Positions 1 to 9,001 of a stretch of DNA of 12,810 nt are shown in pieces (positions within the stretch are counted from its first letter, which is position 1; every line of letters starts with the position of its first letter). Both the position numbers and the translations under genes were made by a program. The stretch comes from Fidelibacterota bacterium (GTDB taxonomy: Bacteria; Fidelibacterota; Fidelibacteria; Fidelibacterales; Fidelibacteraceae). Under the pieces are notes generated by a model. That model did not search any database and was not told the origin of the DNA. It saw only the letters and a list, made by a program, of their open reading frames with translations. The stretch lies in the NCBI GenBank assembly GCA_034723415.1, contig JAYEOX010000024.1, positions 10,261-23,070 on the forward strand, read 5' to 3'.

Positions 1-596
1 TTATACTTTACCATTCCATTATTGTTTATTATTAGCAATTTATCACTTTTCCCAACCAACATATAAATATATCCATTCCAATAACTTAATTTAACCTCCT
101 CATTTAGAAAATGTTTCACTAATTCATCTCCCCAAGGTTGAGAGATATTTTCACCGGGTTTTACACGATAAATCTGTCTTTGAAATTCATCATAGATCAA
201 CCAATCACGATTAGATAAAACCATAAATCTATTGGGAAAAGTGAATTCTTCCGGAAGCTCTATCATTTGAATAAAATTTAGATATTCATCAAATTCCAAA
301 ATCTTTAATTTTTGGTCATCTAATAAATATATTATATCCGGTTCGATAATATTTAAATTTTTAGGTGAAACGAATATACTTTGATTACCGGAATTAGAAT
401 CAAACTGACTTAACAATTCATAATTTTTTGAATATTTTTTTATAGTTCCTTCTGAAATATTCAAAGTGTAAATATTCCCAAAATTATCTTTAATTATCTC
501 ATCACAATTTGCAATAGATATTTTATTGTTTTGACTTTTAGCAATTGTAAAAAACAACATTACCATAACAATTATTTTAAAATATTTATATTTCAT
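1..596 (-). CDS. Secreted hypothetical protein, probable NHL/beta-propeller-like; 3' end truncated by window edge (absent from ORF track)
   Basis: Manual translation from ATG 596 stays open to position 1: MKYKYFKIIVMVMLFFTIAKSQNNKISIANCDEIIKDNFGNIYTLNISEGTIKKYSKNYELLSQF...IIYLLDDQKLKILEFDEYLNFIQMI...WLIYDEFQRQIYRV... There is an alternative in-frame ATG at 602 and an SD-like AAGGA just upstream of 596. It has a signal-peptide-like N-terminus and repeated D-x-x-G-N-I-Y / I-Y-L-L-D blade-like segments. Confidence 0.75.
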   Translation of the reverse strand, partial: MKYKYFKIIVMVMLFFTIAKSQNNKISIANCDEIIKDNFGNIYTLNISEGTIKKYSKNYELLSQFDSNSGNQSIFVSPKNLNIIEPDIIYLLDDQKLKILEFDEYLNFIQMIELPEEFTFPNRFMVLSNRDWLIYDEFQRQIYRVKPGENISQPWGDELVKHFLNEEVKLSYWNGYIYMLVGKSDKLLIINNNGMVKY

Positions 597-736
597 TTTC
601 ATCCTTATTTATTAATATAAATAATAAATGTAACATAGAATAATATAATAATAATTCTGTATATATTGTTAAACTTTTTTATTATTTGAAAAGTGGAAAA
701 TTAAATATAACTTCACTTTAGCAACCATGAGAATGA

Positions 737-2887
737 TTAAAATTTTACACCCAACTTCATTTCATAAGTTCTCCCCGGCATTGGGAAATAATGAATTATT
801 TCATAATCTTCATCAAATAAATTTTTTATTGTAAATGACACATTAATTTGGAATGTCTGGAAATGCAGTTTTCTCTTAGTTGAAAAATTATAAAGATCAT
901 AACTTTCCATTATTATTTTATTCTCAATATCTTCGTAACTCTCGCCATTAGAAATATATTCAAAAATGAAATTTTGCTTAAAGAAACTAATTTGTAGTTG
1001 GGAAAATAATTGATATGATGGCTTATAAGGTAATCTGTTTTTATAAAATTCACCTGTTGTATTATTTACGAAATCATATTCAGAATAACTACCATTTATG
1101 GAAATATACTTTATTGGTTTTAAATTAACTGATATTTCATATCCGGAATTTATTGCCTTTGGTAAATTCGTCTGAAAATATTCATTTGTAGAGTCCTGAT
1201 TCCAAATAATTGCGTCATTTATTTCATATTGGAAATTTTTATACCGTATATCAATGATAGATGACTTATTTATAAAACCAACTTGCCAATTAATATTTTC
1301 TCTTGTCTCCGGCTTTAAATCCGGATTTCCTAATGACCAAACGCCATCTACAGAAAACTTTGAATTATAATCAGGTAATTTAAAACCTGTTCCAATAGAA
1401 TAATTTCCTAAAATTTCATTATTAAAAATACTCAATTTTATTGTGCCACCAAATTCCCAACTTGTTTTATCTGTAACATTTTCAATTTTATCTTCTCTGA
1501 CAGCTCCAAAAATATCAATTTTTTGATTAAATATGTTAATATCAATATCTGCCGCACCACTAAAGAATGATGTTTCGCGTAAATTTTTCAAAGACATCGA
1601 CATGGTATCAATAGAATTTTTTTCCGAATATTCCTCCCACTTTTTACCCAACGATACAGAATATTTAATGATTTTATCGGTAAATAAACCCGATAATTCT
1701 ATTTCCTCTAAACTATTATCAGTTTCTATATCCTTATTTAAAATAGAATCATTTAATGTATAATTATTATTATTATCAGAGTTAATATATTTCAAAAAAA
1801 GAAAATTCTTTCCATCATTATATCCTATTTTTAGATTTTCCGACACAAACGAATGCTCCAACTTCGAATTGATTAATGGTTCAATAATGCTGCCAGGAAT
1901 TTTACTCTCTCCAAATTTTGCAAATATGTTTCCAGATATAATAAATTGACCTGCTAATTTATTATTATAACTATAAAATAACTGCTGATTAAAATTCCCA
2001 TTATTCTTTCGTGTTTTATTATTTCCAATGGAATCTTTATAAGTAAAATCATTTTCATTTTTTATTATATTTACATTTACTAAATGCCCACCATAATGAT
2101 TAAAATGAATGGAATGATTTGTAGCATATCTATTATATTTTCCATAAGAAATACTACCTTCATATATCTGATCTTCTTTCTTACTCTCTTTTGTATTAAT
2201 ATTTATTACACCACCAACTGCTTCTTCACCAAAATAAGCAGATCCGGATTCCGGCAAAATTTCAATTGACTTTACGATAGAAATCGGTAATTCAAGAATA
2301 TTCAGATTTCCCTTTGCCAAAGTATTTCCATTTAATAAAAAAAGAACCTTATCGGAATAATTCCCTCTTACCATAATTTGGTTTATTTGATTGGTATTTG
2401 TTATTTTTAAAGAAGATACTTGTTTTAATACCTCCCCAATTGTTGTGCTTGGTAATAAATTCATATCATCAATATTTATAATTTTAACTTTCTCTTCGGG
2501 AAGCTTGTTAATAAAAGAATGAACAGCTTTTGATTCTGTTACTACTTCCTTTAATTTAATAATATTTATGCTCATCTCTACAGATAAATTTATTCGTTTT
2601 TCAGGTATCACTTCAATTTCTCTGACTTCATCAACATAAGAAATATGGCTGAAAATAATCTTATATTCACCTGACTGAATATTGTTTATTTGGAAATTTC
2701 CATTGACATTTGTTACAGTACCATAATTTGTATTTTCTATGAATACATTCACATTTTCAATAGGAAATCCTGTCTGAATATCGGTAACTTTTCCCTCAAT
2801 TTTTCCAATTATTTGACTAAATAATGAATTGTTAAATATTAAAATTGTTACTATTAGAAAAACAATATATTTACATTTTTTAAGCAT
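737..2887 (-). CDS. TonB-dependent outer-membrane receptor with N-terminal carboxypeptidase-regulatory-like domain (BtuB-like family, substrate uncertain)
   Basis: Signal peptide; GKVTD..TG.PI..VNVFI..T..GTVTNVNGNF.I CarboxypepD_reg-like domain; plug motifs (MVRG..., IEIL...SAYFGEEAVGGVINIINTK-like AVGGVININTK); GNPDLKPE; C-terminal KNLFDEDY...MPGRTYEMKLGVKF ending in Phe. Confidence 0.93.
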   Translation of the reverse strand: MLKKCKYIVFLIVTILIFNNSLFSQIIGKIEGKVTDIQTGFPIENVNVFIENTNYGTVTNVNGNFQINNIQSGEYKIIFSHISYVDEVREIEVIPEKRINLSVEMSINIIKLKEVVTESKAVHSFINKLPEEKVKIINIDDMNLLPSTTIGEVLKQVSSLKITNTNQINQIMVRGNYSDKVLFLLNGNTLAKGNLNILELPISIVKSIEILPESGSAYFGEEAVGGVININTKESKKEDQIYEGSISYGKYNRYATNHSIHFNHYGGHLVNVNIIKNENDFTYKDSIGNNKTRKNNGNFNQQLFYSYNNKLAGQFIISGNIFAKFGESKIPGSIIEPLINSKLEHSFVSENLKIGYNDGKNFLFLKYINSDNNNNYTLNDSILNKDIETDNSLEEIELSGLFTDKIIKYSVSLGKKWEEYSEKNSIDTMSMSLKNLRETSFFSGAADIDINIFNQKIDIFGAVREDKIENVTDKTSWEFGGTIKLSIFNNEILGNYSIGTGFKLPDYNSKFSVDGVWSLGNPDLKPETRENINWQVGFINKSSIIDIRYKNFQYEINDAIIWNQDSTNEYFQTNLPKAINSGYEISVNLKPIKYISINGSYSEYDFVNNTTGEFYKNRLPYKPSYQLFSQLQISFFKQNFIFEYISNGESYEDIENKIIMESYDLYNFSTKRKLHFQTFQINVSFTIKNLFDEDYEIIHYFPMPGRTYEMKLGVKF

Positions 2888-2911
2888 TTAAATGTCTCTT
2901 TTAAAATTTTG

Positions 2912-2995
2912 TACCGAGAGAGGGAATTGAACCCTCAAGGGCCGAAGCCCGGGGGATTTTGAATCCCCTGCGTTTGCCAATTTCACCATCCCGGC
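2912..2995 (-). tRNA. tRNA-Leu(CAA), 3' CCA not encoded
   Basis: Minus strand reads GCCGGGATGGTGAAATTGGCAAACGCAGGGGATTCAAAATCCCCCGGGCTTCGGCCCTTGAGGGTTCAATTCCCTCTCTCGGTA. Acceptor stem GCCGGGA/TCTCGGT; anticodon arm GGGGA-TT CAA AA-TCCCC; long variable arm GGGC-TTCG-GCCC; T arm GAGGG-TTCAATT-CCCTC; discriminator A followed by CAAAA. Confidence 0.97.
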
Positions 2996-3082
2996 AAGTG
3001 GTTAAAATTCCGAATAAATTAATTAAAAAACAAGAATAATATTTTATTTTTAAATAATTATCAATAGCAACGAATTCCAGCC

Positions 3083-3127
3083 ATAGGGCGTTGCCCTATA
3101 TTGAGATATCATTCTCTTTAAGGGAAT
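3083..3127. repeat. REP-like double hairpin
   Basis: ATAGGGC-GTT-GCCCTAT (3083-3099), an 11-nt spacer, then ATTCTCT-TTA-AGGGAAT (3111-3127, one T:G pair). Confidence 0.55.
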
Positions 3128-3167
3128 TTGTAAAATATATTTTATCTGAAGAAAAATAATAAATATA

Positions 3168-3255
3168 AAATCCCGAAAGGGATTTAATTTTAATAACTAC
3201 AGGTGTCAACCTGTAGATGATAAACTCTCACAAAAATAAAACTACGGAGTAGTTT
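3168..3255. repeat. REP-like triple hairpin
   Basis: AAATCCC-GAAA-GGGATTT (3168-3185), an 11-nt spacer, CTACAGGT-GTCA-ACCTGTAG (3197-3216), then AAACTAC-GGA-GTAGTTT (3239-3255). All three stems are perfect. Confidence 0.6.
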
Positions 3256-3378
3256 AATAATTTTGAAATAAGAAAACTCCGAAAGTTTTTTAAAAAAAAT
3301 ATTATTATATATTTCATTACTAAAATATATTTAATAAATTATACCAAGAAAAAATTATAACCTATAAGAAGGAAAAAT

Positions 3379-3807
3379 ATGAGAGTAAAAATAAAAAAGT
3401 TGAATCCAAAAGCAATTATTCCACATCAATTACATAAAAATGATGCCGGTTATGATATCAGAGCAGTTGAAAATATTATTATTCCGGCAGGCAAATGGAA
3501 ATTGGTAAAAACCGGCATTGCTGTAGAACTTCCGTCAGGTATGGAAATACAAGTTCGTTCCAGAAGTGGTTTAGCATTAAAAAATGGAATATTTTGTCTT
3601 AACGCTCCCGGCACTATCGATGCAGGATATCGTAATGAAATTGGTATAATTTTGGCAAATTTAAGCGACAAGGATTTTGAGATAAATATTGAAGATAGAG
3701 TTGCACAACTAATTTTTCAAACACCAAAACATCCGAAAATAATTGAAGTAAAAGAATTGGAAAAATCCGATAGAGGCTTAGGTGGGTTTGGCAGTACAGG
3801 AAATTAA
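3379..3807 (+). CDS. dut: dUTP diphosphatase (trimeric dUTPase)
   Basis: All five trimeric dUTPase motifs are present: DAGYDI, RSRSGLALK, GTIDAGYRNEI, DRVAQL, RGLGGFGSTG. AAGGA SD upstream of the ATG. Confidence 0.98.
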   Translation: MRVKIKKLNPKAIIPHQLHKNDAGYDIRAVENIIIPAGKWKLVKTGIAVELPSGMEIQVRSRSGLALKNGIFCLNAPGTIDAGYRNEIGIILANLSDKDFEINIEDRVAQLIFQTPKHPKIIEVKELEKSDRGLGGFGSTGN

Positions 3808-3808
3808 A

Positions 3809-4240
3809 ATGGATAAAGAAAAAACGAAGAATATTATAGTAATATGTACAGGAAACTCTTGTAGAAGTCAAATGGCTGAAGGATTTTTACAATATTACAC
3901 AAATAATAATTATGCAATTTATAGTGCCGGTATCATAGCAGCCGGAGTGAATTCTAAAGCAATAGAAGTAATGAAAGAAATAGGAATAGATATTTCAAAC
4001 CATACATCTAATTTAGTTGATGAATATTCGGAAATAACATTTGATTACATTATTACAGTTTGTGATAATGCCCGTGCACATTGTCCTTATATTAAGGGTT
4101 ATGGAATACGGTATCATCATAATTTTCCAGATCCATGTTTTGCAATCGGTACACCAAAACAAGTGCTAAAGAAATTTAGAAAAGTCAGAGAAATGATCAA
4201 AAGTTATGTAATTGATTTTGTAAAAAATGAACTCAATTAA
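3809..4240 (+). CDS. arsC: Arsenate reductase, thioredoxin-coupled (LMW-PTPase fold)
   Basis: P-loop CTGNSCRSQMAEG, redox Cys pair in TVCDNARAHCP, and FPDP motif. The ATG at 3809, 1 nt after the dut stop, is preferred over the GTG at 3782 in the ORF track. Confidence 0.9.
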   Translation: MDKEKTKNIIVICTGNSCRSQMAEGFLQYYTNNNYAIYSAGIIAAGVNSKAIEVMKEIGIDISNHTSNLVDEYSEITFDYIITVCDNARAHCPYIKGYGIRYHHNFPDPCFAIGTPKQVLKKFRKVREMIKSYVIDFVKNELN

Positions 4241-4289
4241 AATAGAAAAATAAATAAAAATTTAATAATAAATAATATTTTTATAGCTT

Positions 4290-4997
4290 TTATTCTACCT
4301 TCTTTGCTGACAAAGTAAGTTTTCCAAATTTAAATCTTGCTGCAATTATGGATGAATCTTCATTTGAATATGTAACTTCTCTTACAGCAGTAGAATCAGC
4401 AATTTTCCAAGAATATATATCTGTCTCTTCTAATACACTTTTCCCTCTGACTTTTTTTGTAAATATGCGATAAGTAGTCTGAAGCTTGTCTGATCTTTCT
4501 AGTACTTTTTTGATTTCACTTTTATAAAATATTCCTTCATGTTCAATAAGAGCATTATCAACTTCTTCAGAATCACAATATTTTAATTCAATGATCAATC
4601 CCAATATATTCTGAACCGGTGATTTGCACATTTTTTTAATTCCATTACTATAATAGACGGAATCATTTTTGAAATTAGCTTCGTAAGATTGTGAGAAACC
4701 CTTCTGATCAATTTTCTTTTTGTAAGATTCAATCTGTTTGTAATTTGGATCTAAAATTAGTTCATAATAATTATCAACTTTATAAAATGAATAAAAATAT
4801 TTATTTGTTTTTGTATGGTATAATATTTTTATTGAATTATTTGGCAATACACTTTCTGTTATTTTAACATCAACTACAGGAATGCCCAAAAATGAAACTA
4901 CATAATTATCACCAAGAACTAAGATTGGAAAAATAATGATAAAAATGAATAAATAACCAAATTTTAAATATGTTTTATTTTTCAATATAATTATCAC
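4290..4997 (-). CDS. Exported hypothetical protein, DUF3108-like
   Basis: Hydrophobic N-terminal signal followed by Y.VSFLGIPV.DV and FY.FYKVDN.Y segments reminiscent of DUF3108. The start overlaps the mgtE stop (ATGA-type 4-nt overlap). The family call is by motif recall only. Confidence 0.6.
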   Translation of the reverse strand: MIIILKNKTYLKFGYLFIFIIIFPILVLGDNYVVSFLGIPVVDVKITESVLPNNSIKILYHTKTNKYFYSFYKVDNYYELILDPNYKQIESYKKKIDQKGFSQSYEANFKNDSVYYSNGIKKMCKSPVQNILGLIIELKYCDSEEVDNALIEHEGIFYKSEIKKVLERSDKLQTTYRIFTKKVRGKSVLEETDIYSWKIADSTAVREVTYSNEDSSIIAARFKFGKLTLSAKKVE

Positions 4998-6361
4998 ATT
5001 ATAATATATTTACTTAATGCAGTTGCAATGGAAAGATAAATCATAATTCCAATAATATCTATAGTAGTTGTAACAAAAGGACCGGTTGCAATTGCCGGAT
5101 CGACTTTAAATTTATCAAGCACAATTGGTCCTACGGCACCTGTGAATGTAGCTAATATCATCGCGATTGTAATACCTAATGCTATCGATATGCTCATAAA
5201 AATATCTGCAGCTTCATAAAAATAGAATGCAATTATTCCTAAAATAATTCCATAAAAAGCACCTAAAAATAATCCAATTTTTAATTCTTTAAAAATCAAT
5301 TTCCAAGCTCCTTCATTACCAATCCTACCTGTTGCTAAACCTCTTGTAATAATTGTTGAACTTTGTGTACCAACATTTCCACCCATACCGGCAATAATTG
5401 GCAAAAATGAAGCCAAAACAATAAAATTTGTTAATAAATCATGAAACATACCAATTACAAAAGCAGCAAGTAATCCACCTACCCAAGTTGCAAAAAGCCA
5501 TGGAAACCGAATTTTACTTGATTCCCAAGTAGATTTGAAAAGAATATCCTTATCTTTACCAGCTCCAGCCATTCGAAGCAAATCTTCTGTTGCCTCTTCT
5601 CGCATAACATCAATAATATCATCTACCGTTATTATTCCAAGTAATTTATATCCTTTATCCACAACAGGAATTGCCAAAAAGTTATATCTTGATGCAATTT
5701 TTCCTACTTCTTCTTGATCCATTTCAGGTGTTACTGTAACAACATCTTCGATCATAATATCTTTTAATTGTTTCTTAGGTGAAACTAATATTAATTGTCT
5801 CAAAGAAATAACACCAACCAAATGTTTTCTATCATCTACTACATATAAATAAAACACTAATTCGGTATCGGCACTTTTTCTTATTTTACTTATTGCTTCA
5901 GATACTGTACAATTTTCAGATAGATAGAATACTTTTGTATTCATCAAACTTCCGGCGGATTCTTCATGATAGCCCATCATCGTTACTATTTCTTTGGACT
6001 CTTCGTCCTTCATTAATGAAAAATACTCGTCTCTCTTTTCTTCAGGCAGTAACCGAATTAATTTTGATTCATCATCCACATCCATTTTACTGAATATTTT
6101 AACAATCTCAGATTTATTTAGAGATAAAAACAGATCTAATGCCAAGGAATCATCTAATTCTGATAATACATCTCCTTTTTTCTCAACATCAGATATCAAG
6201 AAAAATACTTTCTTTTGTTCATTAAATGTAAATGATCTAAATAATAAGGCAATATCTGCCGGATGTGTTTTGGCAATAATATTAATTACACTTGAATTAA
6301 CACCTCTTCTCAAAAGCTTTCTTAGTGTACCAACTAATAATAAAACTTCATTATTTCTCAT
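4994..6361 (-). CDS. mgtE: Magnesium transporter MgtE
   Basis: N-domain (HPADIA), ESAGSLM followed by a CBS pair (YLYVVD...LVGVISLRQL; AIPVVD...LLGIITVDDIIDV), and TM motifs R.PWL, GMGGNVGTQ and DPAIATGPFVTTTID. Confidence 0.97.
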   Translation of the reverse strand: MRNNEVLLLVGTLRKLLRRGVNSSVINIIAKTHPADIALLFRSFTFNEQKKVFFLISDVEKKGDVLSELDDSLALDLFLSLNKSEIVKIFSKMDVDDESKLIRLLPEEKRDEYFSLMKDEESKEIVTMMGYHEESAGSLMNTKVFYLSENCTVSEAISKIRKSADTELVFYLYVVDDRKHLVGVISLRQLILVSPKKQLKDIMIEDVVTVTPEMDQEEVGKIASRYNFLAIPVVDKGYKLLGIITVDDIIDVMREEATEDLLRMAGAGKDKDILFKSTWESSKIRFPWLFATWVGGLLAAFVIGMFHDLLTNFIVLASFLPIIAGMGGNVGTQSSTIITRGLATGRIGNEGAWKLIFKELKIGLFLGAFYGIILGIIAFYFYEAADIFMSISIALGITIAMILATFTGAVGPIVLDKFKVDPAIATGPFVTTTIDIIGIMIYLSIATALSKYIIM

Positions 6362-6399
6362 ATTTTTACCCTACAAATTTTCCGATTCTCATATTCTTT

Positions 6400-7179
6400 T
6401 TACTTTGTAATATATGATTTTATTTTCACAAATCCGAAATAAATAAATATTCCACCAATTAAAATCACTTGCCAATTCACCATACCATCCTTCAAATAGA
6501 GATCAAATTCTTTTTCACTCCGATTCAATATTAATAAAGTTAATAAATTATTAATGGAATGTAAAACTATCCCCGGGAAAACTGAATTAAATTTAATTGA
6601 TAAAAATCCCAACACCATCCCAATCAAAAATATTTGAATAAAAAATGATGGTAAGCCATGAATAGCTGTAAATAATATTGAAGAATAAATAATGGGAAGT
6701 ATCGCCGATCTATATTTTTTTTCAAGACCTCGTAATAATAATCCTCTGAAAATTATTTCTTCAACGATCGGAGCAATTACAACTACACTAACAATTATTA
6801 TTAAAAATGACAAAATATCATTCCATTTAAACATTTCCAACACTTCTGCATAAAAATTTGGCACAGGTATAAAAGTGTTGATTATTCTATCGATTGCATC
6901 ACTTAAAATGAACACACCAATTGAAAAAGAGATCAAAGGAAACAATATTTTATTTGAAACATTATTTAACTTAAAATACTTTATGTATGAATAATTATTT
7001 TTATTAAAATATATTAAACTTGGAACAATAAAAATAAATTCTAACAATCCGATCAATATCAGTGTTAAATTTTTATTATTCCTGAAAATATTCAATTGTT
7101 GTAATGATGAAAATGTTACGGACAAAATCCATCCAAGTAAAATTAATAATAATATTTGTTTTAATTTTAATTCTTTCAT
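6400..7179 (-). CDS. CPBP family intramembrane glutamic endopeptidase (CAAX protease/Abi family)
   Basis: Polytopic membrane protein with motifs APIVEEIIFRG (EExxxR), FTAIH (FxxxH) and HSINN (HxxxN). Confidence 0.92.
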   Translation of the reverse strand: MKELKLKQILLLILLGWILSVTFSSLQQLNIFRNNKNLTLILIGLLEFIFIVPSLIYFNKNNYSYIKYFKLNNVSNKILFPLISFSIGVFILSDAIDRIINTFIPVPNFYAEVLEMFKWNDILSFLIIIVSVVVIAPIVEEIIFRGLLLRGLEKKYRSAILPIIYSSILFTAIHGLPSFFIQIFLIGMVLGFLSIKFNSVFPGIVLHSINNLLTLLILNRSEKEFDLYLKDGMVNWQVILIGGIFIYFGFVKIKSYITK

Positions 7180-7239
7180 ATTTTATTCTTCCGGATAATA
7201 ATCATATATTGTTTAGGTTTTAAATAAATCTTTAACTTT

Positions 7240-7274
7240 AAAAAACAGCAAGCAAAATTAATTACCTGCTGTTT
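7240..7274 (-). terminator. Probable intrinsic terminator downstream of the 7307-8911 gene
   Basis: Minus strand CAGCAGGTAA-loop-TTGCTTGCTG (10 bp with two G:U pairs) followed by a T6 tract, about 30 nt after the stop codon. Confidence 0.7.
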
Positions 7275-7306
7275 CAAATTAATATTTTTTACTCTTAAAT
7301 TGTTTA

Positions 7307-8911
7307 CTAAAAAGCAAAACTCGTTTCAATATTCATAACTTTAACAGCTTCTTTATCACTATCAATATCACCATCGCCATTTTTATCACGATAAGTTTGC
7401 ATAAAGTTCCAATATAAATTTACACCATTACTAATAGCAATACCAACTTTATATCCCAATACAGTATTTACTGTAGGATTTTTAAAATCAAATGGATTGT
7501 CCTCATTATCTCTCTCATAATAAGCAGTTGCTTCAGCAAGTTTCGGTATCAATCCCTTTTTAATAGTTGCACCAGCATGAAATGTTTTAATATTATCGGC
7601 ACCATCAACTTTCATATTCATATATGATGCAGAGGCACGCAAAGCCCCAAAGAATGTAAAACCGATTTCACCAAAATATCCATTTGCAGCAGGACGACCA
7701 TTTTCTAACATTCTGTCATATTTTGTTTTTGGAATTATTTCTGTTGAATCTTTTGAAATGTAGATTCTACTTATATCATAATTTCTACCAAAAAACCCGT
7801 ATTGAAAATTCTCTTGTGCCCATCTGTATTCAACTCTTGCATCAACAATACTTACAATATTAGCAGATAGTCCGAGTGGAACTGTTCCAATAGCTGATTT
7901 ACTCACAGCATCACTAGAATAACCCAATAGAGATGCAATAGAATATCCTTCCAGATAGAACATTTTATTTTCTACAAGCGGGACAGTTACATCAAAACTC
8001 ACAGAATAAACACTTGGATGCTCGTCAACTAGATCAGATAGAGTTGGAATATTTAATGTATCAACTGCATTTGGATCATCAATTCCGGTATATCCCAATC
8101 CAAGAAAATACCTTTTTAATACCTCTAATTCAGCATCTGTGTATCCATCACTTGGATCATATTCCCACAAATTATCACCATCTGAATCAATATCATTATT
8201 ATCAGCAATTCCATCCATATCGGAATCTTTCCAAATATCTCCATTATTAGGAAATTGATCCATTAGGTCTGAATATGTATCACCATCTTTATCTTTATCA
8301 AAGGCACTGTAAGGATTAATATCGACTACACCGGATACTCCGATTTGAATTTTTTTGCCAATAGAAACTCGACCACCAAGAATTCCCGGTGTGTTTATTT
8401 CGCCGCCTAATTCTTGCCAATCAGATACAAAAGTTTCTATACCAATTTTACTAGTTTTAACATTAATTCTTGTTCCAAGTCGTTTTACATCGGGATATTC
8501 TAACATATTTGTATAATGGTCAAGTGCTATTCCATGTGCAATTGAAACATTATCCAATCCACCTAATCTTATAAAAAATGGATCTGCAGGAACGCCCCAA
8601 CTTATAAAATAAATTTTATCCAAAATATCATCAATATGCTGCCAATTATCTTTGTAGATATTTCCTTCACTGTCAATATATAAAGTAACATCTAATCCAA
8701 CTCCTAGTTTTCCCATTCTCAATGTAGGACGAAGCGCTACTTGACTATACATTTTTCCATCCAAAGTTACGGCACCAAATGCCATTCCCATACTACTTTT
8801 ATTTGCATTTTCAGTATCTGTTGAAGAATTATCAGGTTCTTCTTCCTGTGCAAAAGTAAAAGTAAATGAAAAAACCAGCAATACAGATAATAAAACTAAT
8901 TTAATTTTCAT
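7307..8911 (-). CDS. Uncharacterised probable outer-membrane beta-barrel protein with TSP type-3-like Ca-binding insert
   Basis: GGAGG SD before ATG 8911 (preferred over TTG 8923); signal peptide ending AQ; alternating amphipathic beta strands; C-terminal ETSFAF; DxDxDG-rich insert. Confidence 0.7.
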   Translation of the reverse strand: MKIKLVLLSVLLVFSFTFTFAQEEEPDNSSTDTENANKSSMGMAFGAVTLDGKMYSQVALRPTLRMGKLGVGLDVTLYIDSEGNIYKDNWQHIDDILDKIYFISWGVPADPFFIRLGGLDNVSIAHGIALDHYTNMLEYPDVKRLGTRINVKTSKIGIETFVSDWQELGGEINTPGILGGRVSIGKKIQIGVSGVVDINPYSAFDKDKDGDTYSDLMDQFPNNGDIWKDSDMDGIADNNDIDSDGDNLWEYDPSDGYTDAELEVLKRYFLGLGYTGIDDPNAVDTLNIPTLSDLVDEHPSVYSVSFDVTVPLVENKMFYLEGYSIASLLGYSSDAVSKSAIGTVPLGLSANIVSIVDARVEYRWAQENFQYGFFGRNYDISRIYISKDSTEIIPKTKYDRMLENGRPAANGYFGEIGFTFFGALRASASYMNMKVDGADNIKTFHAGATIKKGLIPKLAEATAYYERDNEDNPFDFKNPTVNTVLGYKVGIAISNGVNLYWNFMQTYRDKNGDGDIDSDKEAVKVMNIETSFAF

Positions 8912-9001
8912 TTTAACCTCCAATTTATTTCTTTAATTTATTTAATTTTCAAGTAATATTAACACTTATATAATATAATTAAAATGATTAATATCACAAA
9001 A

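Noticed and set aside
2912..2995. tRNA as integration site of a genomic island
   Set aside because: No integrase and no duplicated tRNA 3' end seen in the window.
3131..3332. TAAAATATATTT twice (3131, 3321) as NrdR boxes for dut
   Set aside because: Pure A/T sequence lacking the flanking CAC/GTG of the NrdR consensus; expected by chance in this region.
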